From: Oopsacas minuta
Taxonomy: Eukaryota; Animalia; Porifera
DNA: 64,000 nucleotides
Direction: 5' to 3'
NCBI GenBank assembly: GCA_024704765.1
Contig: JAKMXF010000299.1
Coordinates: 248,001-312,000, forward strand
A model generated the notes under the pieces. It did not search any database, had not been told where the DNA came from, and was given only the letters and a program-made list of their open reading frames with translations. This document shows, piece after piece, positions 46,051 to 57,479 of the stretch (its first letter is position 1; each line of letters opens with the position of its first letter). Position numbers and translations under genes: made by a program.

Positions 46051-46610
46051 AATTTATTTTATCATCTTCTCATTAATTCTAATATTCTCTAATTTTAATT
46101 CACCCAACAATTCTTGTGTGTATATTTTGTATGCATGGACTAGTGACCATTATTTCTAATATTTCCTAAAGTTTATTTGTAATGTTAGCAATCTATTTTG
46201 ATGTTAAAGTATGTGTTGTTAATTTGCAATTTCTTTTGAATTATTAATGCACCCCGTACATGAGAAATTGTAATCTTTCGGTTTATAGGCTACTAAGATA
46301 TTCACGTTTTCTATTCACCTTGCGTATGCTAGTCGTATAAATTACACAAATTTTTTCAAATTCGTACATATTCGCTTGATTGAGGATAAAATCGTTCTGT
46401 CAGGATTATTCTGCGTTCGTAATCATCAACTAATAGAATACTATAATGCGTTTTAAGCCACGTCTTTACTGTCTAACCAAGCATTTAAGTTGAGCCTTCA
46501 CTTGAATACGCTACACCAATTATAAAGTCAACCAAATTTTATCTTTGGTCAAAATTCCATATTTATTTAAGTTATTTCTCTAATCCTCACAGCTTTATAC
46601 ACTTCACTCA

Positions 46611-49554
46611 ATGTGGTTCAAACTTATAATATCAGTTGTACTATCTTATATTTTGTACAAATTATTTTTCGCAAAACGGAAAATTCTCTACTCTTTCAAC
46701 TCAGCTCGCTTCAAAAAGCAATCTCGACAAATCAAAGAGGATATATTCGTACATTCAGGTTTCGGAGAAGATACTGAATACGATAAGTTTACTAGTGATT
46801 GTGGTACCCTGTATGAAGCATTTCAGAGGGGATTAAAGAGGTCTGCTACTGCACCGTGTATGGGATACAAAGGTCCTTTCACACCTTATAAGGTATATTA
46901 ATATTATAATAAAATGTATATATATTTTATTGCTTTATTCTATAGTGGCTGAGCTATCAAAGTGTCAATACAATGTTTTCCAATCTCGGATCTGGACTAG
47001 CTAATCGTGGTTTCGCTCCAGGCCAAGGCTTACACATGACGATAATAGCTGGCAATATTGTGGAATGGGCATTTATAGCTGAAATGTGTTACGCATACAA
47101 TCACATACTCGTTGGTATACATGATACATTTTCAATCGCTGCGAAAACTGCAATACTTACTATAGATCCAGCTCCTAAAATTGATGTAGGCAATTATACG
47201 TGTGTTTCTGGCTCTGGTGTCATAACAATTATCTGTTTGTTAGGTACTCTTCGTAGACGATAATCAATGTCTTTCAATGATTAATATAATAAAAACAGAC
47301 GTATCAGTTGGATTGGTAGTTAAGATTGGTGTGCTAACGGAAGAAGAAAGTACCAAAGCTGCAGAATACAATATTCCTGTAAGATTATTTCTAATTGTTA
47401 AATTTCTTTAGTTTCTTTTGATGATATTTTTAGATTGTTTCAGTGCAAGCTCTCGCAAAAGAAGGTAGCTACATTAAATATTTTGAAAATATAATAGTAT
47501 AGTTTTTCCTCTATTTATAGGTGCTGATAAACCTGTAGAACACTTGCCACCATCTCCACACGACATTGCTAGCATAATATTCACTCCAGGAGTGAGTGGT
47601 GATACAAAAGCAGTCAAACTAACTCATGCCAATGTTGTGTCTAATATGGCTAGTATGATAATGACTATAGGTCCCCAAGCTGCTATTACTCCAGATGATT
47701 CGTATCTATCTGTTATACCTCTGTGTCATATATACGGACAGCTTGTTATGGTGAATAGCCCCCTATACGAAAATGTCATATTATTATTTTGAAAACGTTA
47801 TTTTGCAGGCAATAATGTTCTACCATGGAGCTAAATTCAGTTTCGTACAGATGCCATACAATTTGGGATCAGAAACTCAGGTAGTAACAGAACTCGAGTA
47901 TTTCCGTCCTACAATATTCATTTGCCCACCTCGATTGCAAAAATCTATGTTCAATGAGTTTTCAGATATAATGCAGAATTCCTTCTTGTGGGGAAATTTG
48001 TACAGATATGCTAAGAAGACCAGAAACAAGGCATTAAATGCTGGACAGATATTTGAGTACTCTACTATTGAGAGTACAGTTTTTTCAGGAGCTTATGATT
48101 CTATTGGTGGTAGAGTTAGATTGCTATTTACTGGATACGAATCTGCGACTGCTCCTGAGATCAACGAATTCTTTACATTCGCTTTTCGTAAGTGTTTATT
48201 AGATTAACAAATTTTTATTACAGTTAAACCTATTCACTCATATTAACATATGGATTGAGGCCAAGAAGATCACAAGTATATAAGAAAATTTCCCCAAATC
48301 CGATTATAACATATTTACTCCTATAGCTTGTGTCGTGCTTGAAGTATACGGTATGTCTGAATACGGTGTAATTTCATGTTCCCTACCCGGATCGAGTTAC
48401 AGCGCTGGGGTAGGACCTCCTGTCCCATTCTCCCAAGTAAAACTTATGGACTCTCAATACGGGTATAAGGAGATTTGTGTAAAAGGGCCTTCCCAATTTT
48501 TTGGGTATCTTGGTGAACCTGCCAATAACGCAACACGTATTGATGATGATGGATGGTTATTGACAGGTAACGTTACCATATCAACAGAATAACAACTTGT
48601 TATGTATGCTATTATAGGAGATCTCGGTGAATGGCTACCAAATGGAACATTAAAAATAATCGATAAAGCTATGTTCCTTGGTTCACTTAAAAATGGTAGT
48701 GTGGTATCTCCACGTCAGATAGAACTACACTACATTAGAGCACCTGAGATAGAGAATATAGCCGTAACTATTCCTAGAATTATTAAACGTCCTGTTGGAG
48801 TTATTTGTCCATCACAAGTATACATGGAACTTTGGGCACAAAAGAATAAGTAAGTTATATAGTGGTGTTCGCTATTAGAAATTCACATATTAGTAATATA
48901 CATACTTGTATATTCGGCTAATAGCTAGTTTTTTCAGTGAATTAGAGTCCATTGAATATTGGGAAAATCGTGCAAATACATTGCTAATAGGCGAATTCCA
49001 CTGTAATTTGCTACATACAGTAGAACACACGGTTAATACGTACTCCGGATGAGTACGAATTTCATTCATGCCTTGTATTAACGAGGTTCTATTGTGATAG
49101 TTATAACTTCAGGCCCAGGCCATTTTGACCTGATTAACCGGAGTCTAAGGGATGTATAACATTCATTATTCATAGGAGATTGTATTTGTATGCATTTATT
49201 GTAGTTTCAATTGATCTATAATTTGCTAGAGTTGAAGCAAAGACCATGAATGAAATACTCTGTAACGAATCAGTTCTAATGCAATTTGAAGAACACATAC
49301 ACAAATACGGTAGTGCTCTACCGGAAGAACAACGTATTGGAATGTTCCTGATAATCCATCCAGAGAAATTTCGTCGTACCGCGATGTCACCTCTCTACAC
49401 AAGTAGAAAGCATCTTCTAATCTCTAGCTATGGGAAGGAGTTTAGACAAATGAGTTTACAACGAATGGCTGGTCGTTCTATGAGTGTTGATATGGATATG
49501 GGATCTAATTTGGGAGAAAATCTCCGTATCGCTAGCTTATCTGGATTTACATGA
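46611..49554 (+). CDS. Long-chain acyl-CoA synthetase (ACSL)-like protein with degenerate adenylation motifs; multi-exon
   Basis: N-terminal TM anchor, TLYEAFQRG...PCMGY..., WLSY, YLSVIPLCHIYGQ, GGRVRLLFTG, EVYGMSE, EICVKGP, DDDGWLLTGDLGEWLPNGTLKIID; open phase-consistent exons. Confidence 0.85.
48860..49003. mobile_element. MITE family C in last ACSL-like intron
   Basis: TA|TAGTGGTGTTCGCTATTAG ... CTAATAGGCGAATTCCACTG|TA. Confidence 0.82.
49018..49094. mobile_element. MITE family B, short copy 14 bp from the family C copy
   Basis: TA|CAGTAGAACACACGGTTAATAC ... GTATTAACGAGGTTCTATTG. Confidence 0.75.
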
Positions 49555-49756
49555 TTCATTATGTATTATTATATGGGTTCATGTGTGTGTGTGTGTAGAC
49601 TTTATATCAACTCTCTAATTTGTTTAACTGGATGCATACTATACATATATTTACTGGTTAGATCTGTACAGTTGTTGCATTCTTGGATTACTTTTGAGTA
49701 GTAAATACTGCTAAATTACTCATAATAAATTGTTTGCATAAAATATAGTTCTCTGA

Positions 49757-50458
49757 ATGGCTTCTGCTTACGATGATGAAGAAATTTTAGATTCAGCTAC
49801 CATGTTAAAAATCCCTCCAAATATATACCATTTCATGAAGTATTGGTCTGTTGCACCTTACTTAGAAATGAAAACATCCTGGCCAAAGGAAGGGAAGCAT
49901 ATCTTAGCCCAATTTGACGATGAGAATATATTCGTATACCAAGCTTTTAATCCGCAAATTGCAGAATTTGCTGTTAAAAATCAAAAATTCGGAGGCCCTG
50001 ATTATCTCTTTTCGCGAATGTCATGGATAAAAACCAACTTTTTATGGATGATGTATCGATCAAATTGGGCTTCTAAGAAAAATCAAGAGAGAATATTAGC
50101 AATACAAATAACAAGAGCATCATTTGAGACTATTCTCTCCAATGCTTTGATCCCGAGAAAGCAAAAAGAACAAGGTTTATCAAAGGAAGATTTGAAGGTA
50201 CGATTACAGTGGGATCCAGATCATGCGCCAAGTGGAGGGGGAGTTCCCCGTAGGGCTATACAGTTAGGTCTTAAAGGTAAGATTCTAGAACAATTCGGTA
50301 CAGAATGGGTTACCCGTATTATTGATATCACACCTTTTGTTACAGAAATGCACGCTTACACCAAATGCCATCAACAATTATTCGTTGCTAGGGAGGAAGT
50401 ATATCCTCTTACAGATCCGGTTATAACAGAGTTGATTTGCCTCGAATCAGACGACTAA
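49757..50458 (+). CDS. DUF4291 family protein; intronless
   Basis: Family motifs VYQAF (VYQAY) and RMSWIKTNFLWMMYRSNW (RMTW), plus VRLQWDPDH and RRAIQLGL. Confidence 0.85.
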   Translation: MASAYDDEEILDSATMLKIPPNIYHFMKYWSVAPYLEMKTSWPKEGKHILAQFDDENIFVYQAFNPQIAEFAVKNQKFGGPDYLFSRMSWIKTNFLWMMYRSNWASKKNQERILAIQITRASFETILSNALIPRKQKEQGLSKEDLKVRLQWDPDHAPSGGGVPRRAIQLGLKGKILEQFGTEWVTRIIDITPFVTEMHAYTKCHQQLFVAREEVYPLTDPVITELICLESDD

Positions 50459-50780
50459 AATTTGTACACCTAGTTTAGATAATTTTGTATATATGAACTT
50501 TGTTACAAAAGTTATTCTATTATGATGACTGAATTATTTTGCAATTCAATTACGTATATTTATAAGCCGATTCTTAAACCAATTTTCCAAATTTCCCGAG
50601 ATTTCACGTTTTCCCCCTATTCTACCCGAAAATATCAAAGCTATAGCAAAAATGGAAATCTTTCCCTGAATAAGACTTGAAATCCTGAAGATCCAGTTTT
50701 CCAGGGAGGGTTAGAAAGTATGCAAGTCCTCAAAATATTTTCATTTTTTTACACTTCTTTACTCCGTTACTAGCTGAATA

Positions 50781-50993
50781 ATGGATCCATCTCATCCTCT
50801 TGCTATCCAATCCAAATTTCGTCCTATTTACAAAGCTCCTCCCTTACCGACAGCACCTCGTGCTAATTATATAATAGCTAAGTGTCTGGGGGCTTATCTT
50901 GTAACCTGGTTGTTATGGAGATTCAAGCATGACTGGAGGGACTTAAAAGGACATCCATACCTACCTCCTGACTTAGATGATGACGATGATTAG
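50781..50993 (+). CDS. NDUFB2: NADH dehydrogenase 1 beta subcomplex subunit 2-like
   Basis: PIYKAPP...TM...WLLWRFKHDWRDLKGH and acidic C-terminus match the NDUFB2 pattern WILWRFWHD..EVLGH. Confidence 0.75.
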   Translation: MDPSHPLAIQSKFRPIYKAPPLPTAPRANYIIAKCLGAYLVTWLLWRFKHDWRDLKGHPYLPPDLDDDDD

Positions 50994-51575
50994 ATATATT
51001 CGCCGAATATAATAATGTCAATATATTACGTCATAATAATAAGGATCTTATCTATATCTAGTTATTAGTTAACACAATCTAATATCGGAAGTATAGAATG
51101 CAGGTTAAATATGAATATTTGGGGAAAATCGAGCTTTTAGGCACTATAATCACCCTTGATTCACTTCTATTTGGTTACCTCTGGTTGTTACTCAAACACT
51201 GATTATGTATCTGAGTTACATCTTAATACCGACATAATCTATGCAATTAAGTGCCCTACATGCTCACATATGTTCGTAACCTCATTTACTTATATGACAT
51301 GCAAGCAGCTGCTGGTAATTGTTTATGATACATATAAATAGCTCTTGAGAAACAGTATCTGTTTAGAAAATAAATTCCTTCGATATTATTCAAGTGACGT
51401 TAAATATTCGATTTTGGAATAAGAAATATTAGCGAAGCATTTTCTTGACAGAAATTCGATATTTTAACTGACGTATTATTGAATTAAATAAATATATTTT
51501 TAGCTTTCTAAACCACACGACATAGGCGTATTTAAATAACAAATATATCAAACTTTCATATAACAATTCTGACAA

Positions 51576-54016
51576 ATGCCACGAACAAGAGCAGCTAGGG
51601 GAGCAGTACGAGGGCGTGGTAGAGGAAGGGGTGCAAATAGAGGAGGCACAGGGGGAGCACGTGGCGGGCGAGGGGGCAGAGGAGGACGTGGAAGAGGTAG
51701 AGGAGCATCTAGAGGTCCTAGAACCACCGGAGCTCCTAAACCTATGGAAATAGATCAAGAGCAATCTATCATAGCTAATGTGGGAGTTCTCGATACACCA
51801 GTAGGTAAACTGAGAGGTATTTTCACGGGAAAATGTAAATTCGATGATCACTATGATGCACAGTTACAAGATCTTGAGCAGTATCTGAGTGTTATGGCTG
51901 TATTGGAGAAAAGTGGTGTGGAAGTGAGTAACTTAATATTTACAAAAAATTAACATAATCCATGGTTAATAAATTATCTATTCCTTTAGGTTACACAAGG
52001 AGCGAAAGTACGCTGTTTAGCGGCAAGCTGGGCACGACATGACTATAAATTAGCTGAAATATTGCTCACTTGTAAAGACAAATTCAGTCTGAGAGAAGTT
52101 TTGAAAGCTCTAACTCTGCTGGATTCTGCGAGAGAAGAGAGAGCTTTAGAAAAAAGATTGAAACGTTTAGACTTACAGAAAGCAAGACCCAGTAAAAAGG
52201 GGAAAGTTAAGAATGATTTGGATAACATTAGGAAGGAAATTCCGAAGGTATATTTTTGTAACCAAGTAACTTAAAATATTTATCTTAATATTTCCTCTAG
52301 GTTGGATCAGTTAGTGGTGCGCTAGTTCGTCATGTTGCCACATGGGTAAGCACGATACCCGAGCAAGATATAGAATTTTTCGCAGTATTCTTGCCTAAAG
52401 AACCATGGAGGAAACTGGCTGATATCTTACACTTACATCCACAAAAGCATCAACCTCAATGTCCATGGTTCCTGCCTCACTGCTACGGGAAGGATGCACC
52501 GCCTAACACACTAGTAGCACAATGCTCTAACATGACAGCAGAGAACGTATCTGAATTGGTAAGTATGGTTAAGTTATACGGGATAGTAAATACAGTGTAA
52601 CCTCCACTAACGGGGTCCCTCAGATGCCGATATCATTTGTAGGAATTAGCTCTATTTATTTTCACTCCATTTCCAGAAGTTCCCCGTTTTTTTGAGGTAC
52701 TTATCGTCCTTTTCGCTATTTTATGAAAGTGTTCCCATACAGGTAATGGGATGTGACGTACCTTACTCTCATGTACGTAAACATGCTTCTGCATTGACAG
52801 TACCTGCTAAAGCACGTATCGCTAGCTACACGAAAGAATTAGATACAATACTTTGGTATTTCGAGGAATTAGACTGTAAAGAGGTTCATGATATCATAAA
52901 TGATAGATTAGGACGTGGAGATGAGGTCAAGTTACCTTATGGAAAACTAATGGAGAGAATGCTGTACTTTCATATGCTGAAAGAAGGAATAAGCGCTGAG
53001 AAGAAAGGAGGGTAGGTTTACGAATTATACTGGGAAATGGAAACTATTTAAGCAAATTTCCCACAGTACTTATTATTACGTCATAAGTACAGTGGATGCC
53101 GGTTATAAGGACGCCATTGGGAGTAGCATCATTTTCTAGAGGAATCTACTTAAATCTGTCATGTTTTTATAGCCAGTGTTCATTATATCACCGATATAAT
53201 GCATCTATTATAAATTAGATACTTCTCTAGTCGTGGTAGTGGTGGAGCATCAGCCCCAGCTAAAATAGAAGTCCCCTTCTTTCATAAATTAATCCCGATA
53301 GCGGATTGTAGACTGAGAGAATCAGGTCTGCCGTTAGAACAGCCAGTAGCTGTATTCGGAGATGCTAGCTCATCAATGCAAGTAGCTATACGCACTAGTA
53401 CTATAGTAGCAAGCTTATTCTGTGCTATGTGTGGATCTAGCAATCTGACATTCTTTGAAGCCAAATTGAAAGAATCACCTCTTCAACCTGAAACCATTGA
53501 AGGAGTAAGTTATCCATGGTTTCATGTCTCTTTTCTCATTCATACAATTGAGTTGACTTTATTAATTTGTAATTTTAGGTTTTAGAAGTATCTGTTAAAG
53601 TAACTGCGTCAGGCTCAACAGCTCCTGCAGCATGTCTCTACCCTTATTTCGAGAAAAAACAAATCATAAAAACATTTGTGATAGTTACTGACGAGGAGGA
53701 AAACACATCTTCCAATGGCTACAAATTCGGTCCACTTTTCAAGAAATATTACGAAACAGTGTACCCTGCGAAATTAGTATTTGTATCATTTTTGAGATCT
53801 CAACATCAAGTTGGACAGATGGTGAAAGAGCTAAAAAATCTCGGTATGAACCCGATGCAGTTTGTTTTTAACCAAGCACGTCCAGATCTTACGAAATTGG
53901 ATCATTTACTGGGACTTTTATCTTCCTCATCTACTTCATTCAATGAAGAAGTTATGGGCACTGTTAAAGAGCTGAAAAATAAAGGATTAGAGCATTTGCA
54001 AAAATATCTCCAGTAG
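51576..54016 (+). CDS. RGG-box + helical (TROVE-like) + vWA domain protein. Exons 51576-51923, 51990-52247, 52301-52558, 52743-53011, 53231-53504, 53579-54016.
   Basis: RGRGRGRG/RGGRGG tract; phase-consistent GT-AG junctions; vWA MIDAS DASSS, GST and TDEEEN. Confidence 0.75.
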
Positions 54017-54448
54017 ACAAGTTTAGGGTAAGAATTGTAAGCTATTTGTAGATTGTATATATTTATTATTATTTACTTAGAGTGGATTTCCTTAATCTTC
54101 GTATTGGAGCAATCCATATAACGCGTTTTGTTAGTGGTAATTTATTTATCTTTTAATTATCTTATCAATATTTATCTATCTTAAATGTATCATTGTGATT
54201 CTAATTAATTCAGTTTACAGCAATAGGAAAATACTAGTTTTACACGGTTTATGATATACCTCACCTTCCGAATACCTTTCAACATACATTGAACTTCCTT
54301 TTAAATATATACAATAGCAATTATCATTGATATATATGGTATCATATATACATATACGATTCCCAGTAGTCCATAAATGCTGGACAACAGTATATTTAAC
54401 ATCGATATTTACTGTTCAATAACTTATACTATATATTTGTATTGTAGC

Positions 54449-55867
54449 ATGTTTTTTAGGTACACATATATATTTACACTCTTTTTAACAACACTACTAC
54501 ACGTAACAACAGCTAGCACGACTACTGACAACATACGTATAGAACCATCAACTAGCCGATTCATTGATCAATACGGTAGAGAACGTATATTCCATGGAAT
54601 TAACGCTGTATATAAAAGAGCGCCTTATCTGCCAGTAGCCCCAGCTGATTGGGTTATAAATCAGAAAGTATTGACTAAATTCAAATCTCTCGGGATTAAC
54701 GTATTACGTTTAGGGTTAATGTATGTTGGAGCTATGCCTAGGAAGGGCTGGTTAAATTCTACATATTTTGATTCAGTAGAAACTTTAGTAAAACTATGTC
54801 AAGATAACGGTATATACACACTGTTAGATGCTCATCAGGATTTATTTTCTGAGCGATTTGGTGGTGATGGTTTCCCTTCTTGGTCTCTGATACAGGGAAA
54901 TGCAAAGTCATTTCCTTACCCATACAATGAGACTAACTTAAGCTGGGAACTATACTATATGACTGAAATAGTTAACTCTGGTTTTGGATATTTTTATAAC
55001 AATACTGATAACCTACAATATTATTACACACAATTCTGGAGTGAATCAGCTAAACGCTTTGCAAAATACTCACATATGCTTGGCTATGAACTAATGAATG
55101 AACCGTGGCCTGGAGATGTTTTTCAAGATATATTAATTGCTCTTCCATACAAAGCTTATAAGCAAAATCTACAGCCTTTATATGATACACTTTCAAAGGA
55201 AATTTGGATTCAGGATCCAGATCATTTGGTGTTTTTTGAGACTATAACATGGGATTTGGAATGTTCTGGAATAGAACATGTGCCTGGATATGCAGTTAAT
55301 GCGAATAAAACTGTTCTATCGTATCATTATTATGTACCTCCACAATTTTTTTTGAACGATACTATCTTTCATAAGTTTCGTGTTCGTGATAAGTTCAGTT
55401 GCGGAAGTATGTTAACAGAATTCGAAGCTTGGAACGGAGAGACTGATGATTTTAAGGAAGTGTTAAAAACCGCAGATGAGTGGAAAGAATCTTGGATTGG
55501 ATGGTTGAGTAACCCTTTGGCCTTATTCTCAAATTCTGCCTCGTTTTTGTCAACTTTCGCTCATCCCTACCCGCAAATTGTCGCAGGTCGAATCTCAGTA
55601 ATGAACTTTGAACCTGAGTCCAACATTTTCACACTATCATACATTACTAATACGAAAATAACCTCGAATGAAACTGTTATATTCGTGAATAAGGAAATGC
55701 ATTACCCAAATGACTTCAGCATAAACTCCACACCAACTGTGGGCATTACCATTAAACGGAATGATGATAATTACCATATTATTGTCTATCATAACAACAA
55801 CATAAGTAATAATGGTATAACCGTGAAAATAACAATTTCACCCAAGACCGAATTGAACAATTTATAA
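54449..55867 (+). CDS. Endoglycoceramidase-like glycoside hydrolase family 5, secreted; intronless
   Basis: Signal peptide, GRERIFHGINAVYK, NVLRLG, LLDAHQDL, acid/base YELMNEP, LSYHYY, nucleophile LTEF, C-terminal beta-sandwich (HPYPQIVAG). Confidence 0.9.
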   Translation: MFFRYTYIFTLFLTTLLHVTTASTTTDNIRIEPSTSRFIDQYGRERIFHGINAVYKRAPYLPVAPADWVINQKVLTKFKSLGINVLRLGLMYVGAMPRKGWLNSTYFDSVETLVKLCQDNGIYTLLDAHQDLFSERFGGDGFPSWSLIQGNAKSFPYPYNETNLSWELYYMTEIVNSGFGYFYNNTDNLQYYYTQFWSESAKRFAKYSHMLGYELMNEPWPGDVFQDILIALPYKAYKQNLQPLYDTLSKEIWIQDPDHLVFFETITWDLECSGIEHVPGYAVNANKTVLSYHYYVPPQFFLNDTIFHKFRVRDKFSCGSMLTEFEAWNGETDDFKEVLKTADEWKESWIGWLSNPLALFSNSASFLSTFAHPYPQIVAGRISVMNFEPESNIFTLSYITNTKITSNETVIFVNKEMHYPNDFSINSTPTVGITIKRNDDNYHIIVYHNNNISNNGITVKITISPKTELNNL

Positions 55868-55894
55868 ACTCACTCACACAACTATACTATACGC

Positions 55895-56000
55895 ATATTG
55901 ATTTGTAATATTGATTTGTAATATTGATTTCGTATTTATTTTGTATCTAATGTATATTTATTTGATTTTGTATCTAATGTATATTTATTTGATTTTGTAT
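55895..56000. repeat. Tandem duplications downstream of the GH5 gene: 13-bp unit x3, then 27-bp unit x2.3, followed by (TA)n
   Basis: ATATTGATTTGTA x3 (55895-55934); TTTTGTATCTAATGTATATTTATTTGA (55939-56000). Confidence 0.85.
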
Positions 56001-56125
56001 TCAGTTATTTATGTATATATATATATATATATAACTTTGCATGAATATTTTGTTCGATTTTCATAGAACACAATTTTTCCAATATTCTCCTCACGAATCT
56101 TTCAGTAAACTCGATTTATTCTAGC

Positions 56126-57352
56126 ATGGCACGACCAGCTCACAATCCGTACAAATGCATAGAATGCTTTCAACCGTTTCACCCTCACATGCGAAATACC
56201 TACCCTCGTATCCTAGAGTGTGGTCACAATATGTGTACAGGTTGTCTCATACCAATACTCAGTGATCTGACCAGATTAAATTCCACAGCCATCGGTCGCC
56301 CTCCCTCAGCCTCCAACAGTTCGAACCTAACCTGCAAACTTTGTAGTGGAAAATCTCGAATTGATAACAACAGTATAGACAGATTTCTAATCAATGATAA
56401 ACTACTCAGATATCTGGAAAAATACCATGTACAGCTAGGTTGTCAACACACTGATCTTCCTCCTGAAAAATACTGCAATGTATGTAATCTCGGATTTTGC
56501 AGTCCATGCATGACAACTCATAACCAAATGCATCAAGCTACATCAATTGAAACCAAACTCGAGGGATTATACAGGAAACTTAATCACGATTTAAAAGACT
56601 TAAAATTATTGACCTACACTGGTAGCAAGGAGATAGATAACCATTATCAACTTCTTTCACAAAGTTTGGAAAATGAATATAATTCAGCTGTAGAGAGGTT
56701 TAATAAGAAATCTGTAAGAGTTAAGAATAGATTTGATTGTCAAATAAACACGATTCTAACACAAAAAGACAGACTTAATCAACAGAGAAGAACAACTGAA
56801 GGAAGGAATTCAAGTTCACTGACTAAATCAATAATGGATTCAGACTCTTTAATTTATAGATTACAACAACAAAGTAATAGAACTGACATTGAAAGTTTGA
56901 AGGCAATTGTTAAATCTTTTGAAGATTTAAGAGTACGTAAGGTATCTATACATCCACTTCGTTCTATATACAGTGCTAACGCTAGGATCGATGAGTTAAG
57001 TATACAAACACATGACCCAATTGACGATGATAGGCCTTCTACTGCCGACTATGGGACTCATAGAATTCCAAATTCCCCGGATGTATCTAGGCAATACCCA
57101 GTTTACAACATAGATGATATATTCTCCAGCAGACAACCGCTATTATCCCCAAACAATCATCCTCTATTACCACCAATTAGTAGTTCTCAGCAACCCACTC
57201 GCTCTTCTCACAATTCTATTCCCCCTTTTCTCCCACCGTCATTTAACCCTTCAGTAAAACCTCCTATGTCTCCGAGGGGATCACCACTACACAGAGGCAG
57301 CCAACCTAATTCTCCCTTACGCACAGTAACCCATTACAATAGGAATTCATGA
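56126..57352 (+). CDS. RING-HC + B-box + coiled-coil (TRIM-like) E3 ligase with Pro/Ser-rich tail
   Basis: CIEC...CGHNMCTGC...CKLC (C3HC4); CQHTD...YCNVCNLGFCSPCMTTHNQMH B-box; heptad region. Confidence 0.85.
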   Translation: MARPAHNPYKCIECFQPFHPHMRNTYPRILECGHNMCTGCLIPILSDLTRLNSTAIGRPPSASNSSNLTCKLCSGKSRIDNNSIDRFLINDKLLRYLEKYHVQLGCQHTDLPPEKYCNVCNLGFCSPCMTTHNQMHQATSIETKLEGLYRKLNHDLKDLKLLTYTGSKEIDNHYQLLSQSLENEYNSAVERFNKKSVRVKNRFDCQINTILTQKDRLNQQRRTTEGRNSSSLTKSIMDSDSLIYRLQQQSNRTDIESLKAIVKSFEDLRVRKVSIHPLRSIYSANARIDELSIQTHDPIDDDRPSTADYGTHRIPNSPDVSRQYPVYNIDDIFSSRQPLLSPNNHPLLPPISSSQQPTRSSHNSIPPFLPPSFNPSVKPPMSPRGSPLHRGSQPNSPLRTVTHYNRNS

Positions 57353-57479
57353 ATTTTCTTACTTTTTTATGAAATTTATTTTTTCACATTTCTTACTAAT
57401 AATTATTGCAAACATCATACAAATTTCATATATACTCTTTCATATTAATAGCTGGAACTCCAATTTGGATATCACTACT

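Noticed and set aside
49581-49597. (TG)n and several (TA)n microsatellites (also about 36875 and 56013)
   Set aside because: Ordinary simple repeats.
50781-50993. NDUFB2 appears to lack a mitochondrial presequence
   Set aside because: Could reflect a missed upstream exon (acceptor at 50773) or ordinary lineage variation.
51429-51851. 140-aa Ser/Thr/Pro/Cys-rich antisense ORF
   Set aside because: It is the reverse complement of the RGG-coding tract, which is naturally stop-poor.
56935-57451. Possible cis-spliced fusion of the RING/B-box gene to the ThiF fusion through the acceptor at 57451
   Set aside because: A phase-2 donor is required; the good GT donors I found in the RING gene are phase 0 or 1, so no in-frame fusion is supported.
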